Source: Paraphysomonas bandaiensis
Taxonomy: Eukaryota > Protista > Chrysophyceae
Length of the DNA stretch: 64,000 nt
Direction: 5' to 3'
Assembly (NCBI GenBank): GCA_965644295.1
Contig: CBFFRP010000123.1
Span: forward strand, 310,001 to 374,000
Shown here: piece by piece, positions 26,380 through 39,735 of the stretch
Numbering within the stretch: the stretch's first letter is position 1
How the letters are laid out: each line of letters begins with the position of its first letter
Made by a program: the position numbers and the translations under genes
Notes under the pieces: model-generated
The model's input: only the letters and a program-made list of their open reading frames with translations
What the model was told of the DNA's origin: nothing
The model's database searches: none

Positions 26380-28067
26380 ATATATTCATGCGTTATTTGT
26401 TAATGTAGTGTATCAATCCTCGCATATTGCTATAATAGCCGTGCAATGTGTTGGTGGAAATATTTGTACTCAAGGGTGATTTTATCAATTACACTTTCTC
26501 CTGTCACGAGATTACTGGTTTGGGATTTAGCGTGGGGAAATACTATTGAGAGTGACGTAACCGGATTTTCAATAATTAAAAATCTTGTAATGTGCTCCGG
26601 TAGCAATGTATGCAACTATTGTTTGAGATCAAATACTTCATCTTTGTCAGTAGTATACGATCTCTCAATGTCAGTAGTAGAAAGTGTTAATCACATCATA
26701 TCATGGAAGCCATGAAGTGAAGTATATTGCATATATAGTGGTTATATATGTACCTCTGCACTAAATACCACGCGTGCTGCAACATCTAGAGCTGCTATCA
26801 AAATCAAGTCTAAAGACATAACTTTATACGTAGTCAATACTTATTCAAAAACGATTTATGCCTAGCTCTCCGGAGATATATATTACATATACAAGATATT
26901 TTTATTAATACTTTTCTAAGAAGTATATATCACTTATAACGACAACCTCTACATGTTACACGACAATATTCAGAGTTGAAAGCTATTGCTACGTTACTAA
27001 TGCTAAATGAAGTTTATCTATGGGCTTGTCAGACGTATTGCTACTGAAGTGATGAAGACACTAATACGTGTCATACAGTTAAGAATAGGTAAATCACTTC
27101 CGTTGCTGTGGGTGAGGTATCACAACGTGCTAGCGGTACGGAAAACCTCTCATGAATTTATCATATATAGCGTATTGCACATGTTTTCCACTACCATCAT
27201 CTCTACCAGGTAACTTTACATACGGTTGTAATGATAAACATTACATCATCCGAAGAGCGGATGACAGGGGGAATGTATCAGCAGTACTCTGTCGTCTATT
27301 TTCCCTTCACGTATGATCCCATGCGGATCTATCTCCGCATCATGGTCGGTTTATGGGCGAGGTGGCTCATAGTACTCTCCCGTTTTAATGAACCTTGCTA
27401 AACGTCCTTATCTTATGGTGCCCTCGTCCACCAGGCTCACCTTAAAGGCCATGAAGTTGTTTTCTCGTCGGCGTACCTCAGAATTGGTACCTTTCGTGAC
27501 TCGTAAAACTTCGAGGCCGGCTGCCTCTTCTTCCATTCTCGTTTGGGATCCATACTTACTATACTGAGCAGAAAAACACTTCGTTAACTCTGGAATAATA
27601 ACTATTTAATACGCAAACACTTGCGATTATATGCCACTCCTCATACGGTTATTATTCAAAAGCGAACGATAGCATTATATGTCCTATCAATAATCACGTT
27701 TCTAGCCACCAACAGTGCTGATGAGCATCCTTTGGCAGCCAGAGCCAGCCACACTCTACGTACTGTAATCTACTCACCCTTTATAAGCTGCTGTTGCTTG
27801 TTGTGTGTACACTTCGGCCCAAGAACATATACGATTTTAGATACTGCTGTACAGCCGTATCGGCATCCTTTGTATATTTTTGTTCAATTATGCCTCTAAT
27901 ACTGAGATAACAATTATGTGTACATTATGTGTATTCCAGCCGTATTTATACTGCAGTTATATAGAGTAATTTTGCTTCAATATATTTCCGAAAAATAAGA
28001 TGCTGACCGCCGATACGAGCGTATACCTGTATAGGAATACCTACCATTGTACAGAGAGAGGAAGGTG

Positions 28068-30426
28068 ATGCACACGGTACAGGTGCTGTACATTGCCCTG
28101 CCTCCGGTTCAAAAAAAAGGAGGACACTCCCGTAAGTGTACAGCTGAGTATAGAGGCCGACATGGATAACTTAAACATACATAGAGGACTACACTCGCAC
28201 TGCATTAGTACAAGTCAAGTGTCTTCACTTGTATCACAGTTCATAGAAGTATTTTTGAAGTGTACATATCTCCCAACATCACTCTATAGGTACACATACA
28301 CCATATGGACTGTACAGATCTTCTCACTGCGTAAGTATACATGAATATGCATGTAATTCTCTATTAAACTCACTGGTACTTCAGGGCAAAAGATTTACAG
28401 CAATCTTATTCCTCTAGAATCATGACGATGCATAGTTTAATGGAGTCTATCAGGTACTGCTTTAACATCTCAGAAGAGCCATTAACACTCTATTATAGCA
28501 CAAGTTGCCGTATGCTGGAGTCACAACATCAGCTTCTTGTGGATTGCATTGAGTGGATAGGAGTCCATCAGTCTAACGGCAAATTAGTAGAAGAGAAACT
28601 ATCACAGTATGATTATTCAACCAGTTGTGTTGTTTGTGTTATGAGTTTCACTGCAGATGCGATGATATGGGAAGTGATGATATAACACTGGATTTGATTA
28701 ATTATAGCGAGGTATCGTTGTTGTATCTTTGATCATTTAGGTTTACATCTCGTTACAGGATGTATGTAAATCAGTGGAATTTTTTCACCAGGGTTACATG
28801 GAGTGTAAGAATTGTGAAGAGGATTTAGATGATTGCTTAGTGAAGCTCGAAACTTGCAAAGAGACACTTGATATTATGTGGCAAGGGCAGCGCAAAGCTT
28901 TGTTTAATGTGCGAACTATCATGTGAATGTGTTGTACTGTGTTTCATATGACCCAGTTAACACTAGATATATACATGCCAATGCGATAGTTCATTTATTT
29001 ATGTTTTCTACTCTACGATCACAGAATTACAATATCACTAATTTTGTCAAGTCATTCCATCTCGTGATTTTAAAATGATTCTTGGTATTATTATCACAGA
29101 ATGACGAAGTTAATGGAAAGACGCGTAGTATTGCAATGCTTCATACAAAGTTGGAGACGTATCTGGGCCGAATTTCTGATGCAGGTTATACCATGTATAG
29201 CATTGTGCCTTGCTTTGCGCTATGACTTCGACTAGAGAAGTAGTTGTACTACCGTGTACTGTATACTTCCTATTGTGTAGGTCTGTCTCTGACAATATTA
29301 ATTCTGACGTATAGAAGATCGTAATGTGCGTCCTGGCTATACGAGATCTGGTAAACTCCGTATTGTGGACCCGCCACCTAAATCTCTGGGGAAACGAACA
29401 CGTGCACTGTCTCGTCGAGCAAAGGAGGATGCCACAAGATTTGTGGAAGAAGATGACTCTGATTTTGAGCCCGAAGAAGTTAGAAAATCTAATCGTCCAT
29501 GCATTCGCAGAAATCAGGTGGAAGAATGTGACTCGGAGTACGAAGTATGTGACAGTAAGCGTCGAACATCTGGAAAGCGCAGGAAGTCATCATCCAGTAA
29601 TCTAGAAATAAGTAATAATGAACCTACTAGGAGATCTGTGCGCTCGCGGTCACTTTCTGCCTTGGGTGAATGTTCGGAGGCATCCAATGATCGAGATCAG
29701 GTTGTGTATGATGTTGAAGACGTAGACGACGATCACGACAAGTCAGGACGTCCGGCAACAGAATCAATAAGTGAATCGAATAGTTCAACGAGGTACCACC
29801 AGGATGAGTATTTTTCCGAGGACAGTGACGGGAATAATAGCTGCCAAGCATCTGTAAAACACTCGTCGGGTGTGTGCAAGGAGGGATCTTCTGATCAAGA
29901 TAGGGTTACATATAATGCTGATGATGTGGAGGATGATGAGGAAAAGTTTGTATATTTGAGGCAGCCTACCGCATCTCTTGCAACTCCTCCTGATTCACCA
30001 ACGGATGCGGAGAAGAAGAAATATCGCAGCTATAGTAATGACGAAGCATCCCGTTTGTCTGTCCAGTGTAGCCAGTCACAGCAAGAATGCGATAGAGATG
30101 ACTCAACAGGTGTGGATCTGAGTATGACTGAACCAAAGGCTGGAGAATGCGGTGAGCAGAGTCCTCGGTCGATGTCAGATTCAGATGGAGACGAGTATCA
30201 GAAAACGAAATATAGCCTACAGGTACTATATGATCGTATATTTGTTATATTCTTTGAGGTTGTATATGCCTCAAACTATTTCCTGTGAAATGCAACTAAC
30301 TTGGTTTTGCAGGAAAGTGGTGTATCTGTGGTTGATGGAGTGGCCGATTTACAGCAACACCATGAAATAAATGAGGATGAAAGGAATATATCTAGTGGCC
30401 ATGTATTAGTTGACTTAACAGACTAG
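28068..30426 (+). CDS. Hypothetical multi-exon protein with long acidic/Ser-rich disordered C-terminus
   Basis: A chain of short exons with GT-AG sites leads into the 320-aa ORF 29326-30288. The last exon is 30313-30426. 5' exon phasing is not fully resolved. Confidence 0.55.
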
Positions 30427-31190
30427 CCCAAGTATATATATAGTTAATAGTTTTAGCTACCACCACTTCAACATGCTCATGTACTGCATAGCTAATATTT
30501 AATGAAATAATGGTATATACTGTAATATGTAATGTATCAATGTACCGCTTTCTAGAAATCCTGTGGCATGTTGTCTGTGAATATAGCCGCAATGTTAGAA
30601 CGGGGTGTAAAAATCACTCGCAATGCGAAAAGGTCGATTTAGTGTATAATATAGTATGAATAATAACATTTAGCTGTTGGATATATATATATATAGTGTA
30701 TTAAACTGCCTAGGCATTCCATATATTGAAAGTCTTTTTATTTAGCAATATGCGTTAGAAAGCTGTGCCAATATAGTGGCATTCCATAGACATCTGCAAA
30801 CTGTGATCAAAGTCTTTCTATAAGAGTAAGAAATATAATTTTATAAAATTGGATGCATTGTACATATATCAAATACTTTTCTATTTAAGATAATCGTAAC
30901 GCACAACTCTACAGTAATTAAAATACGAGATTCTACTAGCAACGAATGCTGTATAGTACAGTTTATATGTTGAATAGTAACAATAAATAGTCCAAACAGG
31001 CAATGGCGAAAGTGGAACCGTCAAGTTATCATTTCTAAGAAACTGATTATTATTATTATCATTATTATTATACTAAATATTGATAAATAATACACATGTA
31101 AAAGAAGCATAATTTAGACTATGTTATAAAATTTGTGTAGGAGTCGGACATATGCTTCTTTGTAAGTAATAAATAGAAAGATATAGGAGG

Positions 31191-32459
31191 TTAGCATTCC
31201 ACCATTACCTCCTCTCCACATGATACAAATTCCTTGCTCGGTTCTTCTCCGATAATTTCCTTTGATGTGACACGACAAACTGTGAGCTCGTCAACGAAAG
31301 AGCGCAGTTTATCGACAGTAACACTAGGCATGACAACAACATGAGCAATATCTCCCTCACAGGCGAGTTGCCATTTGCGGATAAACTCAATGTTAGTGGG
31401 GCGCTCGAAAGTAACAGTGGAGGAGAGATTGTTAAGATTACAGGGCACACCTGCCTCCTCGAGCATATTTCGTAAAATGATTGAATTCTTCATACATAAC
31501 TTGACATCTTCACTAAGGCCAGAGGCACCTTTCCGGGAAAGTGCATACCACATATACAATGCAGCGTGGCCATTTCGGCTTCCCATTATTGTGGCATCTT
31601 TGCTGTTGAGGTACTCGACATCAGAGGACAAATTCTGAATGTACTTCTTTCGAGTCATCACCACTCCACATGGAACTGGAGCACCAAGGAATTTATGCCC
31701 GGAGACACTAATTGATCCTATTGGCTTGGCGAAAGAGACAAGAGGGGCCTCTTGAAGGAACGGCAACATAAGCCCAAATAGCGCTCCGTCGACATGGATA
31801 TAGAACTCCTCCTCATCGTAGCCTGTGTCTTTCAATGCTTGCAAAACGCCATCGACATCATCCACAGCACCTTTAACAGTGGTACCGACGTTGATATTGA
31901 TAATAGCCGGACGCCCCTTCTTTTTTCCCTCAGCGAGGCACTCACTAAGGTGTTGCAAGTCGATCTCGCCACTTTGTAGAGTTCTCACAGCAACAGCATC
32001 CATGCGATACATTCGTGCCGCTTTCATTACACTGTAATGAGATGCACTCGAGCAGTAGAGTATGCCGTCAGGCAATGCTTCTCGACCAACCAGGATACCA
32101 TGAAGGTTACCTTCGGTTCCACAATTCGTAATATAGCCCCACATTTCAGAGGGGTCGATGTCCCACAACTTGGCAAACCAATTCAGAACCCCAATTTCAA
32201 ATTGTCGACTATGAACACCATAGTTGGACTCAACCCATGGATCGCCAAGGTTGTTAATGCTATACCGCTGTAGTGCTTGCAAAGCATCAACCTCGAAATT
32301 CAGATTGTACGGATAACCAAGATGAAGGCGGGTACGTTCTTCAAGACGATCGTGGTACGTCGTGAGTATGTCATCAATCCTTGCTTTTGCACCTGGTGCA
32401 GTAGGCTCAACGATTTCGTAGCCTTTGGTCTCACCGCTCACTGGCATAGCTGCATACAT
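31191..32459 (-). CDS. SDC1: Serine decarboxylase (group II PLP decarboxylase, plant SDC/histidine decarboxylase-like), intronless
   Basis: [61 protein letters not shown] (PLP lysine), GSRNGHA and WQLAC are plant SDC signatures. Confidence 0.9.
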   Translation of the reverse strand: MYAAMPVSGETKGYEIVEPTAPGAKARIDDILTTYHDRLEERTRLHLGYPYNLNFEVDALQALQRYSINNLGDPWVESNYGVHSRQFEIGVLNWFAKLWDIDPSEMWGYITNCGTEGNLHGILVGREALPDGILYCSSASHYSVMKAARMYRMDAVAVRTLQSGEIDLQHLSECLAEGKKKGRPAIININVGTTVKGAVDDVDGVLQALKDTGYDEEEFYIHVDGALFGLMLPFLQEAPLVSFAKPIGSISVSGHKFLGAPVPCGVVMTRKKYIQNLSSDVEYLNSKDATIMGSRNGHAALYMWYALSRKGASGLSEDVKLCMKNSIILRNMLEEAGVPCNLNNLSSTVTFERPTNIEFIRKWQLACEGDIAHVVVMPSVTVDKLRSFVDELTVCRVTSKEIIGEEPSKEFVSCGEEVMVEC

Positions 32460-32998
32460 TTTATCTGCTTTAAGTTTTCGACGATTATTATTAACTCGTG
32501 AAAATAATGATCACCTGGGAATCTTTGAGATGAGATCAATTGTTCGAAATTTCTAACGACATCTGGAAATCCATCTTGTTTTCCAGATGAATTAGGATTC
32601 GAGAAATTTGTGGTACATGTAGAGAAACAACACAACACACATGTTTTATCTGACGGTTACTGTAGTCATCGTATACTTCTGTATTCTATCTATACTCGAC
32701 TATAGAATCGATATGGAAGTTTCCTGCTGTGACTCACACTCACAGTTCGAGCGGCTAAGATATAAAAATAGGGATACTGGGTATCAAAATATGGCCAAAA
32801 TCAGATCTAAAAATTAAAATCGGGATATATTCTTAAAGAAAAGTATCAAATACAAAGAAAATATGGCTAAATATCTGGAAATCTATAAATTTCTTGCACA
32901 TACTGTCTGTATGCACATACCTAGCAGTACAGTAGAGTATACACTGTACCACAATGATCATCCCCAACATATAAACATATCCATATTATTACCTGGAT

Positions 32999-34661
32999 AT
33001 GTTACGTTTTCGTGGTTGTGGATCATTTGAGTCCCCTAAAGATGGAGGAACCCCTACGTTTGACTTACTTGAGATTACTAAATTGTTTTGGTGGGAGCTG
33101 ACGTGTTCAGGGAGTGTACACACGCTCGCTGATATCATATCTCCATATTGTCGACTGCAGGATGGAGTCAGCAGTACCTCACGTGGGATCAATGGACAGA
33201 TTAATTGTTTGAATAGATTGATGATACTGAGAGATGAAATACAAGATGGATACTATGAGAAAGATATGCATCACTTAATACTAGTTCCATCATCCAACCA
33301 AACTCGGTTCATTGTTAGTAGTGTTGATAAGACAATAGCAACGAAACTAGGGCTTATATTGGCTTGGGATTGTGACATTATTGTTGGTATTGTAATAGTG
33401 AATATAGAATCAGAAGCAAAGTTTTTGAATGGGTATATGTTGGGCGATACAGAAAGCCCTTCGGAGTCACCAGATGAAGAGCGGTTCACAGTTGATTATT
33501 CTTTAGGGCGAACTTTAAGTCCCCCTTACCTTGTTCCTAAACCGCCGCCTATTCGACCCACAGTTTCGGTAACAGTACTGAGTTGTGAGAATCTTCACTC
33601 GAGATTAAAGCGACTTGTACCCAGAAATATAAACGCTTTTGTTATAGTTAATGTAGGTGACGTCTCACAGAGAACCAAAGTTGTACATAACTCGGAAAAT
33701 CCTGTTTTCAATTCTGTTGAGTCGAAGAGTAGCCCATTTGTGTTCGATATTCCGGAAGATTTGAAGGTCAATGGGTTCATTGAGTTCCTAGTGGAAGACC
33801 AAAAAATACTGGACTCTGATCGCTTGGCAGGCGTACGAGTGCCCCTGGCATCTCTGCAATGTATGCTAGACGGGAGTGAACTTCGACCTGTTAGCATACC
33901 GCTTGAAATTAGACGACGGCATTTCGGGGTCAGCGAACGCATTAGACGTGAATCACGGAACAGCGATATCGTCAGCAGCAATATTCAGGTAGAAGATGAA
34001 CAAGCAGATGAGAACACATTAAGGAACCGGGGTAATTCTCTTTTAAATGAAGGGATGGCCAGACTTAAGGTACTAATATCCAAGGCGGATGTGCAACAAT
34101 GGTGGGAGATCCAGGAACTCCGTGCCCGTGACGAAGAAAGAGAGCGGAGGATATTGGAGGCGGCTGTGAGTGCAGAAGGCGTTTCGGAAAATGGTGAAGA
34201 AAGAAAGGCTGACAACAGTCTAGCCGAAGAAGCGCCAAGATCCAATGTCATCGACAATACATCTGCCTCCGGTGTGCGCTGGATTGACAGTGACATCGTG
34301 AAAGAATGCGCCATGTGAGACATTCTGTGTACTGTGATGACTTACAACTGTTGAGTGTTGACGTATACACAACTTATAGTAGTATTCTACTTATATGAGG
34401 AAGTATTATAACTTGGATTTTGGTGTACAGGTGCTCGGTTGAGTTCAGTCTGCTCACAAGGAAGCATCATTGTAGGGCTTGTGGAAAAGTATTTTGTGGA
34501 GAGTGCTCATCTTGCAAAATACGAATAGGGGATACCATGGAGCGGGTAGGTCCCTAAATGTGTGTTATGTGCCCTCGTAATTATGTTCGCAGGCCTGCAC
34601 AACGTGCTTTGAGGTCCACAACTCGTCAACACACACAAAATCCACCTCAAATTGCACAAGT
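32999..34661 (+). CDS. C2-domain + C-terminal FYVE zinc-finger protein; 3 exons
   Basis: C2 region VSVTVLSCENL...NAFVIV...RTKVVHNSENPVF. Spliced FYVE: WIDSD..KECAM|CSVEFSLLTRKHHCRACGKVFCGECS...|ACTTC. Introns 34315-34430 and 34546-34592. Confidence 0.85.
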
Positions 34662-35469
34662 GAACGAAATTGTGAAAATGTTTCATTTTAAATTTGTGCA
34701 TAATTTTGGGGCTTCGTAAACTTAATTAGTGATTATTCTATTTTTCGTTACTCTAGGCGCTCATCTAATGTCGCATACAATTATATGAATCTATACGGGT
34801 GTACCAACATCATTATCATTGGCACAAACCTAATATATTCGTAAAAGTAAATCATTGAAGTGTACAAGTGTACTGTAGAGCTACAGCATTTCAACAGCAA
34901 CATCAGGTGCGTGTCGTGCAGTGGATCCCAATTCTACATTTTCTGATGCTCCTCTCCGGTGCAGAGGGTACATATACGGAGACCTCTCGAAGTCTACATG
35001 TCTGTATATATATATGAAATGTATTGCTGTATATATATATAACAAACGACTTTAAGAGAATATTTATTCTGCTTCAGAGGAACTATTCCACAAATTAAAC
35101 AACTAATCGACCCAGTCACCCCAATCAACCTACAAAAGTCAATGAATGTAAACTGAAAATATGATTTATTATTAAATGAATACGTTTGTAGCCACTTGAA
35201 GTGGTCTTTCACCAATTTTGGGGTGACCAGAAAATTACACCAAATTGACTAGAGGCTGAATAATTGATCCCGTTCGGAATATAGGCTATATAAATATATA
35301 GCTATAATTTTGTTGAGTCCAATTCATTGTTTCAAAAAAATTGGGAATATTTTGCTTGATTGTTTATTATTGGATATATTATAGTATTCCTCTATGTGAA
35401 TATTGCATGAAGCACTACCAATGTTTGTTCGAGGCTGCTTAAATAAAGAGTAGATCTTAGTAATAGTAA

Positions 35470-35630
35470 ATAATCAATGTTGTGATTATTAGAACGTAAA
35501 AGTGATAAAAACAGTAAAGTGAGAAATAGGAATAACAATATAAAACATCACTATCATGCACCACGGAATAGTTAGGAGTGTAACTGATAATGACGATCAT
35601 TATGATGACGATCACGTATATTCAAGACCG
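35470..35630. repeat. Dispersed repeat family (other copies ~55985-56135 and ~59140-59290), possibly the distal LINE tail
   Basis: Shared core GGAATAGTTAG(G/A)AGT(G/A)TA(A/T)CTGA(T/C)AATGAC(G/T)ATCA at 35566, 56084 and 59234. Confidence 0.7.
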
Positions 35631-35639
35631 CTACCCATA

Positions 35640-36540
35640 ACTAATCAGCACAAATTTTGTTATCCTACTATTTAGCGCTACAGAAGCTGCTTGTGCGTCG
35701 CCGCGAGCACTAAGGTGCAACCACCTCCTCCGTTCTTAATGTTGATTGTGATTTTTGCCATTATCGTGTGTCCTAGAACTCACTGGCGCGTGTTGTCAGG
35801 GGGTCTCCCCTTGGGGTGAGATTCCACCAGTCTCTGAGGAACAGGGTTCTGTATTAAGGTCCTGAGTATGCCTAGTGCTATAGATGTGTGTGCTGAGAGG
35901 TGGGTGGTGTGGTGGAATGCGGCGTTGTCTCAGTGCACCGTTTGGGCGTCAGGCATAGGTGGAGTTGCCGGAGACGGCGTCGTTGTCTAGGGCCTGAAGG
36001 TTTCATGCGGGCCGATGATATGCTCCTATGTGTGTGAGTGGTAAGAAGGTTCGTGTGTGCGGTGGGCGATGGTCCAGTCTCGGGTCCTAGTAATTGTAGC
36101 ACTCTTGGGCGTTTCCATTGCTGTCTACGTGGTTTTGACGCGCGATCGCGGGAGTAGCCTAGGGAGTACTTTTTGTAGGGTAATGTATCGTCGACCTCGA
36201 TCTTGGATCATGAGCTTTGCTGCAGCAAAAAGCGGGAGAAGAAGGTTGATGACCACTAATTCAAGGTTGCGCAGTCCTTGAGATGTCAGGGACTCATGGA
36301 TGTGATCACCAAAAACTGTCTCAAGTTGTGCAGTGGTGATGGTGTCCGTCCAGAATCTCTCCATCTGTGGTAAGGAAGGGTTCCAGGCTCTTCTGGAGAG
36401 CCGCTGTAGCGCATTGGTGGTCCAGTGGGGTAGGTCCTGGTTTCTCAGTATCTCTTGAAACGCGTTTTTGTGGCTGTGAAATGCCGTCTCCCGTATCTGA
36501 GTGATGGTGTCATTTGTGCAGTCTAGACACATGTGCAGCT
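35640..36540 (-). mobile_element. 5'-truncated, degenerate non-LTR retrotransposon (ORF2 C-terminus + 3' tail)
   Basis: HMCLDCTNDTITQIR looks like the distal half of the LINE ORF2 CCHC motif. The protein is homologous to the translation of 62741-63080. The 3' tail 35640-35740 matches 63670-63780. Confidence 0.65.
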
Positions 36541-36926
36541 GAATTCTAATAGCTTAGCAGAATTACGATTGTTCTGACTGATTTTCGAAATCACATGACG
36601 CATTGAAATGTTGATGCTTCTGTGTGTGCATCTTTGAGACGAGAAAATAGGTCAGAAAGTTATTCGAAAGAGCAATATAATTGAAGGCTATTACTATTAA
36701 TTGCTTGGTAAATAACTGCAATTATTATTGTTGGTTTGTTCGCTCGTTGCTAATACTACACAAAGGGAAACTTAAGGCATCGTGATACAAGCCTCAAAAA
36801 CCATAGTACATATTATTACACATGATGATTATAAGATTATAAGACAATCGTCTGCATAACATAAATTGTTCCAGTACAATTCTAAATTGCGATTTGTGAA
36901 TAGAAAAAAAATACTGCGAACAAAAT

Positions 36927-39075
36927 CTAATGGAGTTCTCCTCGTCTTATGGCGGCCATTCTTTCTCCAGTCGGAATATCAGGCTTAACACCTGATTCGC
37001 ATATGACTGGACAATTCTGTAGACAGATTTCCGCATACTGCGCGACGAGAGGTATGTCGCTCTTCATTCCCTCTGCACAGTAAGCCATTAGATGCGGCAT
37101 CATATTATCACTTGGTGGGAAGACAGTAAGGCACAGCATCATCAACTCCCAACCAAGAACAGTGGAAGCGGGAGAGGGGTTATTGGTGGTTTGTTTGCAG
37201 ATTTGTGTGTACACTTCGTCTCGTAGAATCTGAGGACCATTCGCAGACATTGTGAGTATTTTCTTGGCATGATCTTCTGCGCTTTTACTCGACGACCTGT
37301 CACCCATGAAACCCGTGACATTACGGAACAGCTGTACGGCATCCTTCTCAATGCTGCTATTGGGCATCGCAAGCAACGATGTCTTAATGAGGTCTGTTTT
37401 CCAAGTGCGAAGTTTGGTGCTAGTTGTTCGCCGTTTCATCATGCCCTTGCGCTCAAAGTTGCAAAACTTATCAATATACTGCTCGAAGGTAATATCATTG
37501 AGTTGCTCCAGAATCTCTGCAGAGGTTTTACCCGAGGTGGACAATGACCGCGCAACGAACACACTTTCCCGCATTGGCACCTCAACCATATCGGATGGTC
37601 TCTCATCGTTATCACTTTCTCCGGACACTTTTTCTTCACCAAAACAACTGTCAGTGTTGCAAGATTCTCTGCTCTCGAGAGCAGCCGCACTGCTATCATG
37701 GGTCAGTGAGTTCTCAGCGGATGCAGTGCTATTGCGTGGTCGGGGTGGTGGAGGAAGGGGTGCAGATGGAGAACTAGCTCGTATTGGACATAAATTCTCA
37801 TCGGGCTTCATGTCATCTTCAACTACACCCTCTTCTTTTTCTACTTCCGTCTTTTCCATTTCAACAGGCTCCTCTGCTTTCGTATCTACTTCATTCACAG
37901 ATTCCACCCCGCAAGAGCCTGCAGTCTCTGTGGGAGTAACCTCCGTTGAATGAGACGCGTTTTCAACGGATTGTTCCGCAGGGGGATTTTCAATAGCAAT
38001 TTCTTCTCTTGCTTCGTTTTCAAAGGTATCCATATCCCCTGCTTCACTTTCAACGGTATTTGGCCCTGGTGCTTCACTTGCAATAACGTTAGTATCCGGT
38101 TGCCCACTCTCTGGATTTCCATCTGTACACTCTATAGTGCTCTGATTACCCACGTCCTCTTTAAGCATACAAGAAGGTTTCTCCCAGCTAGTGAGCATTG
38201 TCACTGAGTTGCTGTAATACTCGGCTTGGTAATCCGCATCCCATCTAACTTCCCAATTGCTCACCACATCGTTCGCATTCGGTGCAATGGCAGCTAACTC
38301 AGGTCCAATATCATACGACGATTCATTAGTGACAGAGTTCCAGTAATAGTTTCCCTCTGGATGATCGATAAGCTGCCATGAACACTCTGAGGGTACATCA
38401 TTAGTAGGCTCGCTGACAGTAGATTCAATGGTTTCGGTGTTTTCTACCACGGGTTCCAAGGTCTCAGGTGGGGTCTCCGGAGGTGGAGTATTCAGTCCAG
38501 GAAGCTGTCTACGAGGCGGAGGTGGGGGCGGTGGGGGAGGTGGGGGGATACAAGCGGCTCCTTCGGCCTCTTGTTGTTGCTGTAACTCGTAAGGCATATC
38601 ATATGTAGTTTCATTTGTCACACGGTTCCAGTAGTACGAGGGATGCCCAGCGCCCTGGTCTACATATTCCCAGTCAGATTTCTTTATTTCGGGACCTTTC
38701 GATCCATCAAAATTAACATTATTAACCCTATTTCTTAGATTAAGTTCCGCAGAAATTGGACTCTTACAATCAGGATTACTAAGTTGTTTCGATAATAGTC
38801 TATCAAATTTTCTAGCAGCAGATGCCTTTTGAACACTAGCTTTAATCTCGTCATCAGTTGGACCCTTCTTTTGTTCAAATGAAGCTGCTTTAGCTAAAAA
38901 TGCAGACTTTTTAGCTTTTTGTTTTGCTTTTTCTTCTGCAATGAGTTTTTCTGCTTCAGCTTCCTCTCTTTGTTTTGCTCGAAGACGACGCTATACATCA
39001 AATCAGATCAATTACTTTAAATCATATATATATATATGTGTTTACCAATTCTTCAATCTCTGATTGACCTGACAT
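36927..39075 (-). CDS. WW-repeat (x3) + proline-rich + MyTH4 domain protein; intron 38991-39045
   Basis: WEYVDQGAGHPSYYWNRVTNETTY, WQLIDHPEGNYYWNSVTNESSY and WEVRWDADYQAEYYSNSVTMLTSWEKP are WW repeats. MyTH4 signature LRDEVYTQICKQTTNNP...GWELMMLCLTVFPPS. The ORF extends in frame upstream to 38990. Confidence 0.85.
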
Positions 39076-39735
39076 ATTCTGATTAATTTAAGGGTATAAT
39101 TCCTGATTTACAGGTCAGTAATATATATAACCAGGTCGATTGTGAACTGCGATGTTAGGCAGCTATGGAGCTCATTGTAAGATGGAATACAATCCCTTTC
39201 ACAAATTTTCATATTACGATGCATATTATTCCTGCTTTTTCGGAATTTGATATGAATATTAAGGTTTCTAGATAACATTAATCTATATATCAGGGTTTTG
39301 TATTAATTAGAAACCTAGAAAACCTCATCACACTGGCGATATTTCCTCCACCCGTGTACGTATATACATTCGTATTTCTCCCGTGAAGAATGTTATAGAA
39401 GTTTTTACAGCATATCAACTATAACCGGCTGTTCCATAGCATACATGGGGTGTGCGTACTGCTGCTGCTGTGTATAAAAAATGCACACCTCCGAATACAT
39501 GTATATAGTTTATGAGTGTGTTCCCATCATAGTTGAAAAACGCCTTTGAGTAAGCGCTATGACGATGAGATTGTACACTTCACTCAACTTACTTCGTTCA
39601 CTTTATATCATATCATCATACGACAATTCTTATATCTAACCATACACACTTCATTAGTGAAGTTGAAGACACTCTTCTATTTGAAGTAATAGAGCTGTGA
39701 TTATATAAAGCGTATGATTTCATAATATACTTACA

